Below the pieces are notes generated by a model. The model had not been told where the DNA came from. It saw only the letters and a list, made by a program, of their open reading frames with translations, and searched no databases. Made by a program: the position numbers and the translations under genes. Shown here piece after piece: positions 49,054 through 50,273 of a DNA stretch of 50,273 bases. The stretch spans positions 1 to 50,273 of the forward strand of contig MQRK01238726.1 of the NCBI GenBank assembly GCA_001938485.1. The letters run 5' to 3'. Source of the stretch: Girardia tigrina. Lineage: Eukaryota. Numbering within the stretch: position 1 is the first letter of the stretch; the number at the start of each line of letters is the position of its first letter.

Positions 49054-50273
49054 ATTAATTTAAACTACTTATAATTTATAAGTAGATATCTTGCAATTAA
49101 TATTGTTTGGGAACTTCGAATTTTCTGTTTTTTCCCCTTTTGAGACCTTTAAAAGTTTTTTTTTGATCAAATTTTTACATAATCATTTATTGTCATCGAG
49201 AATGAGTGATTGTTCAAAGTTTGAAGAAAATCGATTGAGTAAAAAGCCTTCAAAAACAGGTTTCTAAATTCCATGGATATATATAGCTATATAGAAAGTA
49301 AGCTAATGAAATAAAGGAAAAATAGAATTTTTAACAAGATTTTCAAAGTGTCAACCCCAAAATTTGCTCAGAAAATATCTTTTATACTCCTTTACACACA
49401 TACTTTTTAAAATTTTTTGATTGTGTTGGAAAAATGTGAAAGAAATTAGAAACATTTTTTTTTATTTATATTAACATTTTTTTCAAATTATATTAACATC
49501 ATACAAAAAATAAATTAAAAAATTATTAAAAAAAATTTATAAATAAATAGAAATCAATATTTTATAAAATAATAACTTTTCTGTTTCTTGATTTTACCAG
49601 CCATCTTCTCACGATTGTTGGGTTCTTGATCAATATTAGAATTCATTAACACCAAAAATTTATTAATAACACAATTAACAATTATTCAAACAATTTTTAG
49701 TTAACAATTTTTGTTGTATTAAAAATTGTTGTTTTTTAATAAAAAATTTTTGTAGAGGAAATTTTCTATCGTTTTCTTTATGATCAGATTCTTATATAAA
49801 AATATGAAATTATAAATATAAATAACTGATAAGTGATTTTAAAATTAAAAAATTTTAATTCTATTTATTTGAAAATTTTTTAATTCTATTTAATAAAAAT
49901 TTTGTTGTCATATTTTTACTAAATTAACCTTAATGATTTTTTTATTATTTTAGAATTAGTTTAATGTTATTTCTTTTTTGTGAAACATTTCTAATTAATA
50001 AAGATTTTAACGTTTTATTTTTTTTCAATATTTAAGAATTTTATTATTAATATTTAAAAGCATTTTTACCTACTGTTGGGAACGTTCATAAAATAAAATT
50101 TTTGAATGTTATGAAATTATTAGATAAACAATTACATTCCATAAAATATTGTTTTAAATATGTTAAAATAGATTTTCAGAAATTTAATATAAAAAAATTA
50201 ATTTAAGTAAGAAATAAAATAAATTTTACGGTAGGGTTATTAAAAGATTTATGTAAAGATTTATTATAAAAAA

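Noticed and set aside
49060-50273. Promoter elements upstream of EFCAB5
   Set aside because: Extremely AT-rich low-complexity sequence; no motif distinguishable from background.

Overview
AT-rich eukaryotic (metazoan) genomic DNA with assembly N-gaps; no prokaryotic operon or CRISPR content. The window is almost entirely one minus-strand host gene, an EFCAB5 homologue (EF-hand calcium-binding domain 5). I reconstructed 15 phase-compatible GT-AG exons by hand from 48546 to 2786 (about 3.7 kb coding). The end of the first exon lies in an N-gap and the last exon(s) probably lie beyond the window start. Introns are either tiny (42-48 nt) or 2.4-7.4 kb and packed with decayed mobile elements: Gypsy pol fragments, several mariner lineages (DD34D), Tc1 (DD34E), IS630-like DD34E, a long-TIR rosa/DD41D element, SPIN/Buster-like and hATm hATs, a piggyBac MITE, a foldback element, a Penelope GIY-YIG remnant and a tRNA-Gly-derived SINE. 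Composition, intron sizes and the TE repertoire suggest a planarian flatworm (inference, not verified). I found no convincing wholly novel multi-gene system. The best leads are: (i) an ATG-less first exon behind a clean phase-0 acceptor, compatible with the start codon being supplied by spliced-leader trans-splicing; (ii) a three-tier nested insertion separating a Penelope endonuclease from a hammerhead-ribozyme-like 3' end; (iii) a second hammerhead-like motif; (iv) a perfect 31-bp hairpin; (v) a DD41D element whose left TIR holds an antisense, stop-free copy of its own transposase C-terminus.
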